A stretch of 63,723 bases of DNA, counting the filler, from Lenisia limosa (Eukaryota > Protista > Breviatea), in the NCBI GenBank assembly GCA_001655205.1. It is 9 parts of 9 records of this genome, joined end to end, with 100 filler letters (N's around TTAATTAATTAA, not from the genome) between each part and the next. Parts side by side here need not be neighbours in the genome. Positions count along the whole stretch, not along the records: positions 1 to 3,656 come from LPNZ01001737.1; positions 3,757 to 19,263 come from LPNZ01010394.1; 7 more parts are not named here. One strand, written 5' to 3'. The notes under the pieces were generated by a model. That model was not told the origin of the DNA, did not search any database, and saw nothing but the letters and a program-made list of their open reading frames with translations. The position numbers and the translations under genes were made by a program. Shown one piece after another: positions 1-10,618 of the stretch; the first letter of the stretch is position 1; each line of letters opens with the position of its first letter.

Positions 1-2473
1 TCAAAAGCCGCTCGTTTCGCCGCCGCCAGGCCGACAAATGAAGCCTGGCAAATACGTGGGCTCTTTGTCACGACGTGTCCAGGGGGATATCTGCTTCAGC
101 GATAAAATAGATTTTTTGTTGTCTATGCCTTACATATCTCTTATTATAGTGATGGTGTGAACGGCTTCGGCTAGATACAACCTTATTTTTTTATTTCTCA
201 TTGCTATATGCCTGGTTACAGTATATAATACACATATGGTGTGTGGCCTTGTCTTTGTTTCTAGTTCAGTTATAACCACCCAGAGTTCCGTCCCTGCAAA
301 TATCCACAGCCATAGTGGAGATGAACACGGTAAATTCGGTGGGGGGACCCCCATCTGAAAGGGGCCTGGTAACATAATAAATTTCAATATATGATATATT
401 TGTGTGGCAGTGTTCTGTTATAGCAATATCTTTGATGTTAAATACCCATCCTTAGCCTTGTGTATCAAATAGCGATGTACATTTCCGTTCTGGTCTTCGG
501 TGTGTTATTATTTTTTTGCCAAATTCCGTCTTTGTTTTTTTTTTTTGAGACCGAAGTGAGTCACTACACAATGGTTAACTCCTTCAGATCACATGACTAA
601 GCCAGCAAATCGCTTTTCAAAAAGTAAAGCAGGTCTGAGGGCTCTTTTAGTGGTGTCATCAGTGCTACATAGTTCGATACGCCCAATGCTATCTTGGTCA
701 TTCAGCTGTGCTCATTGTCTTTAGAAGAGAAGCCTCAAAGCCAACGATCAAGGCAGTTTGAGAAGCCTAAAGACATGCTTGCCTATTCCGCCAGGCCGAG
801 GAAAGTGGTGAGCTGCACCCCCATTAACATGCGGCAGTACCTACATGGGTTCCGATTCACTTCTTGGCCACCCCTTGTTACGGACAAATTCCTTGTCTCC
901 CTCCAACAATATTCACCATTCCAGTCGAACTTCAAGCCCTACAGTGGGGGCGGCAACCTGCAACAGGACCTGAGGACGCGCAACGGGCTTGGTGCCGACT
1001 TGGAAAGTGACAAATACCAGGAGCAGGTCGGATGGAATTGAAATGTCAAAGTGTTGCGTTTATTTCTTGTTATGACAACGTTGGCTTGAGGGTTCGGATT
1101 GTGTCAAGTGGAACGATTGTTGCAGTCAGTATTTTATTTCCGAGTTAACCCCAACCCCCACCCCCAGAGAGAGAAATGGGAGCGAATGAAGAACTTTGGC
1201 GCCAACTTGAGGCAGCGTCATCGTGAAGGCCCATTGCCAGCACCCCATGTAAGCCGATTCAACCAAGGCAATTGTATCTCAAGCATTTCGTTCTCTTATT
1301 GTGTGTGTTTATGCGGTCTTCCTTGATGACATGGTGTGATTGACTTTCATAGAAACGAAACCTCGCCCCCGTGATAGGCGAAGAGAAAACTGAAAAGTTC
1401 AACAGGAGAAAAGTGGGAAGCAATGTGACTGCAGCCCACAATCGAATGTTCATTGTAATAACATAATACACAGGCGTTTTATTTTCCCGACTTTGATAAG
1501 CGACTTGTCTGTGATTTTTTGTTTTGTTGTTATCAACCCTTGTGTATTNNNNNNNNNNNNNNNNNNNNNNNNNNNNNNNNNNNNNNNNNNNNNNNNNNNN
1601 NNNNNNNNNNNNNNNNNNNGACTACGCTGGAACTGTTCCAAGACCGGAAGTGCAGAGCCCCCAAGTTCGCGATGGTTTAATAATTTCTCTAATCTTCTTC
1701 TATTTATTGTTTGAAAATTGTACACGATATTTTTGTGTTTTTCATTTTCGAGTGGGTTCAAATTAACCTCTCTAGGCAGCCCCTCCATCAAGTCGCAATC
1801 TTGCCCATCAGGTTGGCCTTGTTTTTGTTGATATAAGCCAACTATATACATACTTTTCTTAGAGTAATGAAAACCTTGTCGTAATGACTGGTATGGTTGA
1901 ACTTGAAGAGATGCTTATCCTTGAGCTATTCAAAACAACCGCTGCAGTATCAGCACCCCCATGTAACCAATTAGTCTTTATACCGAGAACTCCCCTCGGA
2001 AGCCGCCAAGATTGACAGCGAACAAGCGAAGGCAATGTTGAAGGGCGGACGCTCCTCCGCTCGCAGAGGGACAGCAAGTGCACGTGTCACACCAAGAAGG
2101 TGGGACAGAGGGTTGTCACCCATTTGTGAGGATAGGATTATGTATGTGTCTTATTGTACCTTCTCACGCCAAAGGAACGGTGCCGACTATGATGTAGACC
2201 CGAAGCTCAAATCTGAGCTCAGCAGTTTTCAGATTTCGTCAGCCAGACGAAGTACCTCTGGCCGGTCTCCCCAAGGCCTTGATATGATGAGCCCCTTGGA
2301 GGTGGGCAGGGGGCTCTATTGCAGAAGGTAGTCTTTGAACGATGAAAAGTGGGTGTGGAGGATGTTTTCTTCATTTCTTTTTGGATTGGACCATTTTGAC
2401 GTGGTAGGCCATGGAAATGAAACATCGCATGGACCAGGAGGCTGTGGCTCAGATGAGACGCGATTTCTCATAA
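1..2473 (+). CDS. Multi-exon JHY-like (ciliary/basal-body) protein, 5' partial
   Basis: Hand-spliced exons give ...KYQEQ|REKWERMKNFGANLRQRH..., ...HNRMFI|DYAGTVPRPEV... and the last exon AMEMKHRMDQEAVAQMRRDFS* (TAA 2471-2473). These resemble the JHY C-terminal motifs (ALEYAKTIPKP; L..RHE.EK.AVA). Recognition is from memory of the family. Confidence 0.45.
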
Positions 2474-2762
2474 GCGGTTAGATGGATTGCAAGGTACTTT
2501 CAGTGCGAGAATAGTGTAGAAATATCATCTCTGCCTTATCTTTCTGACATTCAAGGTGTTAGAATCTGTTAATAGTTTTTTTGTAAGGTCTATTTTTCTT
2601 AGTTTTGTACCAATAAATGTTGTGTGTTCTTCTTTGGTCCATCCAAGAATGAAACAAGTAAGCTTAAACTATTGTTATTATAACTCATGTGTTGAACTAT
2701 TCGAGTTTGAATAGAAAATGGAATAATATATATTAATAATTGAGCATACAGTATTGTCTTAT

Positions 2763-3656
2763 CTAATGTAAACATTGATTCCTTGGAAGCTTTGGAACCC
2801 AACCACGAAAACTCCAGTGTAGGAGTTTGCGCCATAGAGTATCTGGACAATGAATTAAACCAACAATGTTGACAAGGCTCCATAAACAATCACCAACAGC
2901 ATTGTCAGAGTTCGTGCTCCCATGGTTGTCACAGGAAATCCAAGGGTCCTCCATTCGGGTCACTCGGATGCATTGCGTGGGGGTCACCGTTCCTGCAACC
3001 ATGAAGAAATCTGCCATCCACCCCTATACCAATGGGGCAAATGGGTCCGTAGCTTCGGAAACTGTTTTGTCGTGCCTTCCAAAAAGAAATGAGGGAGAGA
3101 AGTAAGCTCGCTGTTGCATGTAGAAAGAATAATACTATAAACTCAAGTCGTATATCACATAGCTATCATATGATATAGCTTCAATGCAATGATAATAACC
3201 CACCTGGTTGGGACTCCTTAGTTACAATGGGAGGTGCCTGGTTGCAGCTCATTGTGGACTAATTTGGTCATAAAAATCCATAAAAATATAAAAAAAGAAA
3301 CGTAAATGCAGGTAAAAAAAACAAAGACTCACAATTCAAATAGCGGTGTTATATTCTTCTACCAATTGTTATTTAACAGATTTATAGAATATATAGTGAC
3401 TTCCATTGGAATGAAGCTTGCGATAAAGGTGCGTCACCAGAGGGCATTTTCTTGCCAAAACACAGCCACACTGACAATGAAATTCAGATCTGCCTTGGCC
3501 AAAACAGCCCATTTCGAACCATCACCAAATTTGAAGAGATATTCAGTAAAGTCCAGATGGTCAAACCTGAAAAAGTTAACTCAATGAGAACAGAAAAATC
3601 TTTGTACAGTATTTTTAGGGCTTCACTTCGGTACAAAAGACCAATTCCTTCATTAA
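2763..3656 (-). CDS. Hypothetical multi-exon protein, 5' partial at scaffold end
   Basis: Exon-like segments with GT-AG borders, e.g. FDHLDFTEYLFKFGDGSKWAVLAKADL (~3460-3560). Downstream frames could not be resolved. Confidence 0.25.
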
Positions 3657-3700
3657 NNNNNNNNNNNNNNNNNNNNNNNNNNNNNNNNNNNNNNNNNNNN

Positions 3701-3712
3701 TTAATTAATTAA
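3701..3712. other. Artificial scaffold-joining spacer
   Basis: TTAATTAATTAA (stop in all six frames) flanked by N runs on both sides. Confidence 0.97.
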
Positions 3713-3776
3713 NNNNNNNNNNNNNNNNNNNNNNNNNNNNNNNNNNNNNNNNNNNNCTTCTGTAGTTCTCCTTCTT

Positions 3777-6189
3777 ATGGCAGATATTCAGGAAACCACC
3801 CCATTGAACTCCATTGTAGCGCCAAAAAAGGTTTGGATCGCGTTTGTCCCTCTTAAGAGAGCCTATGATGGGATTTTTTTTAGTTTCTTATTATTTTCAT
3901 TTTATATATATAGATATATATATATATCATTATATAGATAGTATATATCTATATATATGCATATACTATATTGAAAATGCTCTATTGCACTTCAAAATTT
4001 CCATCACAAGAGTGAACTCGCATGATAAACTATAGGCGCGACTTGTGAGTATCGATGTTGCTCGAGGGATAACGATTGCTGTCATGTTACTTGTCAACAA
4101 CGCTAATGCTGCTTACCCTTGGCTGGACCATGCACCGTAGGTTTTGAGTACCTATTGGCTTGGTGTTGTTTTGTGGGTCTGTGTGTGCTCTCATGTTTGT
4201 TTTTTAGACTCCATTTGAAGTTTCTCTGATCTGCAGATGGGACGGTTGTAACCTTGCGGACTTTGTGATGCCATTTTTCCTGTTCATTGTGGGAGTGTCT
4301 ATATCGCTTTCTCTCGATAGGTTGGTTGTACTGGATTCTGTTTTATTTTTTGTTTCAGCACACGTATTCCAGGTAGAGTTAACCCCTCAAAATGGGCCAA
4401 AACAAAAAAGGTCCTTTGGAGAACATTCAAGGTAAGCTTTTCTCAATCTATTGGGGTTTCGCATAGATTACTCAACATGTTTCTCCAAACTCCTGCATAG
4501 TCTTTTCTGATGAAGAATCAGAACAAAGTTATTATGAACGTGCTAATTTTTTAATTAATTTTGTGTTACAATCGTAGATGCTTCTGATGGGATTGTTCCT
4601 TCAAGGTCATGGGTTCCCGGATTATGATCTGAACACTCTTAGAATCCCTGGTGTACTCCAAAGAATGTTTGTCATATCCCAACTCTTGTCATTACATTGT
4701 AGTGCAGTTTGTTACTGTGTTGGCGCTTTGGCTGTGGTTTTGTTACCACGTAGAAGAACTTGTAACCCGATCCCATACACTTCTGAAAATCCAAGTCTCG
4801 CCCAGGTTTGATGTGCCTTTGTTTTGATTCTTTTTATTAGGTGATCGGTCAGCGACTTTGGACAATGCTACTGGGTGTGTTTATCGCTATTATTTACCTG
4901 AGTGTATACTACTTTCTTTTCATTCCTGGATGCCAGTAGGTGATATGGATTGGCGACTATTGACTTGATGATACAGATACGACCGGTCAACCACAAACTG
5001 CAATGCTGCGGGCTACATTGATTACCACATACTTGGTACAAATCATATGTTCAGGTAATCACATGAGAACAGAAGATTGGTTTATAGGATAAATTCACTT
5101 CAAAATTTCAGATTGGAAGTCTAGAGTTACGGGATTCCCGTCAAGTCTAGAGTTCACAGGAATAGTTTTTTTTTTAAAAAAAAAAAAAGTACCAATATTT
5201 TCTTACTTAAGTCAGTACTTAAAAAATTCATGACATAAAAAATAAACTCAATGAAGTCAATGGGGAAGAGTGTGTAGGGTTGAGATACTTTGAATTTGAG
5301 AAGCCTGAAACATACTTCTCGACTTCCAATCTGAAACTTTTTAAGTGAAATTTCCCGTTGTTTCGACCCATAAGGGTCAAGCCCACGGGGCCATACAACT
5401 TATTTCATGATGTAGATGGCCTACATGCCTTGAATCCAACCCACCTTGTGAGCATTTTGATCCAGAAGGATTGGTGAGAAAAGGGCAATTAATTATTCAT
5501 TGTTTTCAGTTCAGTACCATCGGTGCATGTTTATCTGTATTTCTTGGAATGATTTGGGCAATGATTCACAAAAACATGTTCCACCAAACAAGGTGGGTTA
5601 TTCCAATGGTACTATTGGTGCTAATTATTGAGGAGGATGATGAGCTGGATCTTGGTATACTCGGCTTTATTAATCATTGGAATTGGCCTTCATTTTGGGG
5701 GGCTCTCTGCTCTCAATAAAAATCTCTATTCGCCAAGGTTTGCAGGAAGATGCTGATGAAGCCTTTATATGTTTAGCTACATTCTATTTATGGCAGGCGC
5801 AGCTGGCCTCTTCATGTCTTTTATGTGGGTCTACACATTTATTTCTTGCTTCTCACCGTTTAGCCACCATGTTGTTGATGTGATGGAGTGGAGGAAACCG
5901 TTCCACCTCTTCAAGTGTCTTGGAATGAACTCCATATTTATTTTCTTCATGGACCCTTTTACTGTTTTGTTTCTGAGGATTTTTTACTTCAAAGAGAAGA
6001 ATCGCAATCTCCTTACCCAGATCCAAGTCCATGTTTATCGAGACCATATGGAAAAGAAACTGGTTGGTGGAGACGAAAAATAATTGAGTAACCATTTAGG
6101 CTGACATCCTTTGGGCCCTCACTCATATCATTGTCTGGACGTTGGTGGCATATGTTTTGTATCGCAAGCGCAAGTTCTTTAAAATCTAA
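3777..6189 (+). CDS. HGSNAT: Heparan-alpha-glucosaminide N-acetyltransferase-like membrane acyltransferase
   Basis: MADIQETTPLNSIVAPKK|ARLVSIDVARGITIAVMLLVNNANAAYPWLDHAP|WDGCNLADFVMPFFLFIVGVSISLSL...GVLQR...LGMNSIFIF...VLYRKRKFFKI* (TAA 6187-6189). This has the family RLxSxDxxRG and H-A-x-W-x-G motifs. Confidence 0.9.
5087..5355. mobile_element. ~270 bp MITE-like element with ~35 bp imperfect terminal inverted repeats, in an HGSNAT intron
   Basis: Left GGATAAATTCACTTCAAAATTTCAGATTGGAAGTC versus reverse complement of right end GGAAATTTCACTTAAAAAGTTTCAGATTGGAAGTC. Non-coding AT-rich interior; no clear TSD. Confidence 0.65.
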
Positions 6190-6355
6190 AGGGGAGTAAC
6201 GTCAATATATATATATACAGTGTATATATACTATATTATATATAATATATCAAAGTACTATTTGTGTTTGGTTTTGTACATAACTACTTTTTATGATGGG
6301 TGAGTAGCAAAAAGTGCATATAGATTTAGATGCATGAATAAGGATGAACAAAAAC

Positions 6356-6868
6356 CTAAGGAAGTTGGCTGCGGAGATGGTTGAGGAGCTGAGTCTTAAT
6401 CCATGACTTAGTCATTGGACGGTATTGGCCAGTGTTACTATCAAAACTACAATATAAGCAAGATTTATCGGATTTGTCGAACTGGACAACGAAAAGAACA
6501 GAATATCATTAGGAACTAAGCAATTAACCTTAATATAATATGAAGAAGTCATTCCATTCTCTCCCCCTTACACAAGGCAGGCAATATCTTCCCAGTGATC
6601 GATAAAATCATAGAGGTGAGAAATATCATATGTGATTTCACGATAAGAAGGGTTTCTCCTCTTCAAATGGGCTTCATACCTGTGACAGAGACCTAAAATA
6701 AAGATAAAAGGAAGAGAGAGCGCCAAGCCATACCATCAAGAGCAAATTTTAAGCTTGTGAAGTCAGAATAGATTTTTGAGTCTTCATCTGGGGTTTGCTG
6801 AATCAAAATAATAGTGTGGGAGGACTAAAATGGTAAGGAAAGCACTAAAGGACAAAGAAACAAACCAT
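6356..6868 (-). CDS. ERH: Enhancer of rudimentary homolog
   Basis: M|[71 protein letters not shown]|[29 protein letters not shown]. Colinear with ERH (MSHTILLVQ...ITYDISQLFDFID...). Absent from the ORF track because it is split by introns. Confidence 0.95.
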
Positions 6869-6983
6869 TTTGATAAAAAGCGGTCTATACTACTTCTATT
6901 ATTTTTAACTCAGCTACAGAGACAAAGAGAGAGCGTTTTTTTTTTTGGAGAACTTTGAACTGTGAACTTTGAACTTTAATGCA

Positions 6984-7376
6984 TCAATAATCTGGGGGTG
7001 TATACAACCCAGGAAACCTCAACAAACCCCCCTTGGGGTTTATATATAAAACTACATACAAAAAAACAACAAGACGCTTCATTGCTATTCTCCTCCTCTT
7101 CATCTTTATACTCTCTCTTCTCCTGCCTTCTTTTCCATACTTCTTCATTCTTTTCTTCCTCCACTTTGCATACATCTTTCTTGCTTCCTTTCTTCTCTCC
7201 TTATCTTTAAACCATCCTTTAGTCCTTCTTCTTAGCTCTTCTTCTCCTCTCCACTTCACAATCTCGTCCATCCTTCTTCTTGCCATATCATAATCATTCA
7301 CTTCTCTTCCAATTCTCGTCAATATTCTCTCTTCCATCCATCTTCTTTCTTCTTCCATTTCCTTGCATTCTTCCAC
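6984..7376 (-). CDS. Charged, coiled-coil-like ORF/exon (E/R/K-rich); uncertain
   Basis: 130-codon open frame preceded by a polypyrimidine tract and AG near 7378. It could equally be a low-complexity purine tract. Confidence 0.3.
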   Translation of the reverse strand: MEECKEMEEERRWMEERILTRIGREVNDYDMARRRMDEIVKWRGEEELRRRTKGWFKDKERRKEARKMYAKWRKKRMKKYGKEGRRRESIKMKRRRIAMKRLVVFLYVVLYINPKGGLLRFPGLYTPPDY

Positions 7377-7667
7377 TATGTGAGAGAAGCAGAAAAAATA
7401 AAAAAAAACTGAAAGGGAAGAAGAATTGCTTAGACGTGGCGTGAAAACTTTCCGACTTGCCTAATTGGGTCTTTTCTTTTGCCAAAAGAAGCTTCACAAG
7501 CGAGCAGGATGGTCCAATTAAAAGATCCAAAAAAGTAACCATTATTGCGGTTGAAGTGCTATTGGTGTGCTGTTGAATATTTCACATTGGAGTTCTGTAC
7601 AACAGGTAAAAGGAATCCTCCATCCCAAAAGAGCCCTAGAGAGCCCTATCTCTAACCCCATGTCGTG

Positions 7668-10473
7668 ATGGAAGCACAAGGTTGCTACCATCAGAAAGAC
7701 CCCTCACCATTCACTATTTCCCCAAGTCCAATGCCCTATAATGTACATCACAGCCATCCAAAGGTGACAACTGACAGTACCAATTGGGAGGAGCATGATA
7801 TTGAGCAGATCATCTACGTCAGCAATGACAATGTAAGTTATATGCAAAATGGCTTTTTGACTTTGTTAGATATCTCCTGGTGGTCAAAGAGCACTAGAAT
7901 TTAAAAATGAAGCTATGTGGATGCAGGTGTGTTTAAACAACAGCATTTGAAATTACATTTGAGAATTGTCTTTCAACTTACTTTTATTCATTTAGCAACT
8001 TACGGAAGAAAATAGGGTTAGTTTGTGGTTCACTTCTACCATTTTAATGTCATCTTGATTACACATTTTTGAATTATCTTACCTTTCAAGAAACTCAAAG
8101 AGGAAAACTCAAAATTGAAGGTAATTGAACTCGGGAGTTCAGGAGTTTATCAGACACACTCTAACAAGTAGGATAAGATTGAACAGCTTAAGCGAGAAAA
8201 GTACATTCTTGAAATCGAAAATTTCAAAGCTCCCGAAAGACAAGTTGACAAGGTTGGATTTTTGACACAAGTTAGCTATTTCGCTGGATATTACACATCT
8301 GCAATTGTTCTTATATATAAGGAGGTTATATTGTTGTTCATTTGGATCTTATAATAAAGGAGAAGTCAGTAACGAATAAAGTCAAAAGAGCACATTCAAT
8401 GCAGGTTCAAGTAAGATAACTCTTGTCGAACTTACTGACCCATAGTCCACACAACGTGATATAGCGCCGCTCAAATTAAAATGCATTGAGGTAAGTTGCA
8501 CGGATTAGTTATAATTCAAATTACGTATGGCAGTTCAAAAAGCAAATTCACCCCTTCACTTTCACACATGCAGAGTACTCCTCCAGTATCCCCCGCTTCG
8601 TACAATTATGCCACAATCAAATGCAAAATTGGACTTTTGGTTGGTCACTGATTATTCAACTATTCAACAGTTATATCTTATTGAAAAAAATCAACCTGAT
8701 AATTGTTTGCGAAAATTTCAATTAGAAGTGGTGCTGATTAGTACACCCCAACAGTTCGAATTGGAACCTTGAAACAGCTCTTGACCATCGCCATTGCACA
8801 AACAGAACAAGACGTTGTAAAGTTCTTCATCAAGTAAGCATATTTCATTTTTAAATAAGATATAAAAGTTAGAGTTCATAGTTAATATTCAGTTCGTTTT
8901 CAACCCCTTTGGAGGTAATGAATGTGTTGCTTGAACTGTTTGAAGAAAACGCCAAGAGTATCAAAACTGACACTGAAAAGTCTATGAATGTAGGGTTTTA
9001 ATAAAGTTGACTTTAGGTACGAATTAACCTTGTTAAAGCGGCTAAAAACTGGGTTCACTATTGGGAGGATTTCTACAAAAATACAGATGTCTTGGTAACG
9101 CTGAATCTGATTTACTTTATAAGGACAGATTAGCATACTTCTTGTCGACACAAGATAACAACTATGAGGAACTTTGGCGCCCCACTACAGGCTTACTGAA
9201 ACGAAGGGCCAATGAATTGGTCAAACAGAATCACAATGCAGAACAGCGTCGAAGTAGAAGCATTATTGTTCCTAAAGTAAGTTCAAATTACTTGTCATCA
9301 GTTTCGTTTTTTTTTGCCACCTGGTAACTATCTATTCCGTACTCTTGAGACTATCACACCAAAAGAAGGAGTTCAACTGAGTATCCTGACGGTTAACCCC
9401 ACTGAACTAGCTCGGCAGTTGACATTGTTGGAGTCGAACCTTTTCCGAGCTATCTTTCTCCGTGAATTTGTGAACTTGTACGTGTGTATCATTATCTGCA
9501 TTTGTTTAGTATCACTGCATACTAGCTCACACTGTTAGCAATGGAGAAGAAAGTTACCGGCAAAACAGGAACGAACACGTTGCACCTAATCTTTGTACGT
9601 TCTTAAAACAGTAGGCAAAGGAGAATATATGTATATATGCATATATATATATGATATATAGTATATGATATATATTTTTATAATATGTAGCTATATTATA
9701 TCATAATATCATATACTATATATAATATATCATATCATATAATATAACAGTAATATATCGTATGTAATTATGTATCACACAACACAGCTCAACCTCCATG
9801 TCCAACTATGCGAAGGCTCAAGTCTTGAATGTTGGTTCAGATAAAAAGAAGCAAACCAAATTGATGAAGGCATTCTTAGTCCTAATTGAAGAATTGGAGA
9901 TCTTAAATAACTACAACGCGTAGGCTAACTTCGGCACTATCACTTTGATCAGCGTCATGGAGGTTTCCAGTGGACTCATAAGTACCGGTGTGGAGTTGCC
10001 AATTAAAAAAGGCAAAAAGTCTTGCAATATTGTATCAGAGTATATGGATTTGTGCCATTCTGAACATTATGAAAAACAAGTCGATTTTGAAAGACATCCT
10101 TTAGTTCTGTTTTTACGTAAGATAAAAATCATGTACACTAATACTGTAGCCCCTTACATCAAAAAAATAGCAGCCTTCAGAAATTACTATTCCGAAGATA
10201 ACACTTCTGATAACGAAATCAACTTTGAGAAGCACCATAAAATCGGGCTTGTTGTCAATAAGATCAGACACTGTCAACAGGTTGGAAGGACTGGGAACTA
10301 AATTGATGGAATTTAAAAATGATTATACTACTATATACTATATCATAATAAATTTGATGAAGTAGGATATGTACAGCTTGCAGGACATACCCAGTATTTC
10401 ACAGTGGCTCAGATCTCCTTTCAGTGCCACCCGATTCACATCAGAAATGATGCAAACTATGATTGAGCCTTGA
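7668..10473 (+). CDS. RasGEF (CDC25-like) domain protein with N-terminal coiled coil
   Basis: VNPTELARQLTLLESNLFRAIFLREFVN; MSNYAKAQVL...LIEELEILNNYNA; INFEKHHKIGLVVNKIRHCQQ|DMYSLQDIPSISQWL...MIEP* (TGA 10471-10473). Start codon uncertain. Confidence 0.8.
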
Positions 10474-10618
10474 GCTCAAAAATGTTGTTTTTTTGACAAT
10501 ATGATATGTAAAATGTATAGTATTTTGCAACAGATCCATATGGAGAGCAAAAAAAAAGTATTATATAATGTAGTAGTAATATATCAGATAGTTTTATAAA
10601 AAATTAAATATAAACTGC

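Noticed and set aside
3844-6189. Alternative genetic code to explain short, stop-interrupted ORFs
   Set aside because: Conserved genes become continuous with ordinary GT-AG splicing, and TAA, TAG and TGA all end genes at the expected C-termini.
6998-7293. Hydrophobic plus-strand ORFs, and similar ones antisense to acidic exons (37163-37608)
   Set aside because: These are shadow frames of purine-rich low-complexity sequence on the other strand.
9630-9770. AT/TA-rich tracts (also 3900-3970, 27170-27440, 54120-54195) as regulatory elements
   Set aside because: These are degenerate intronic microsatellites with no specific motif.
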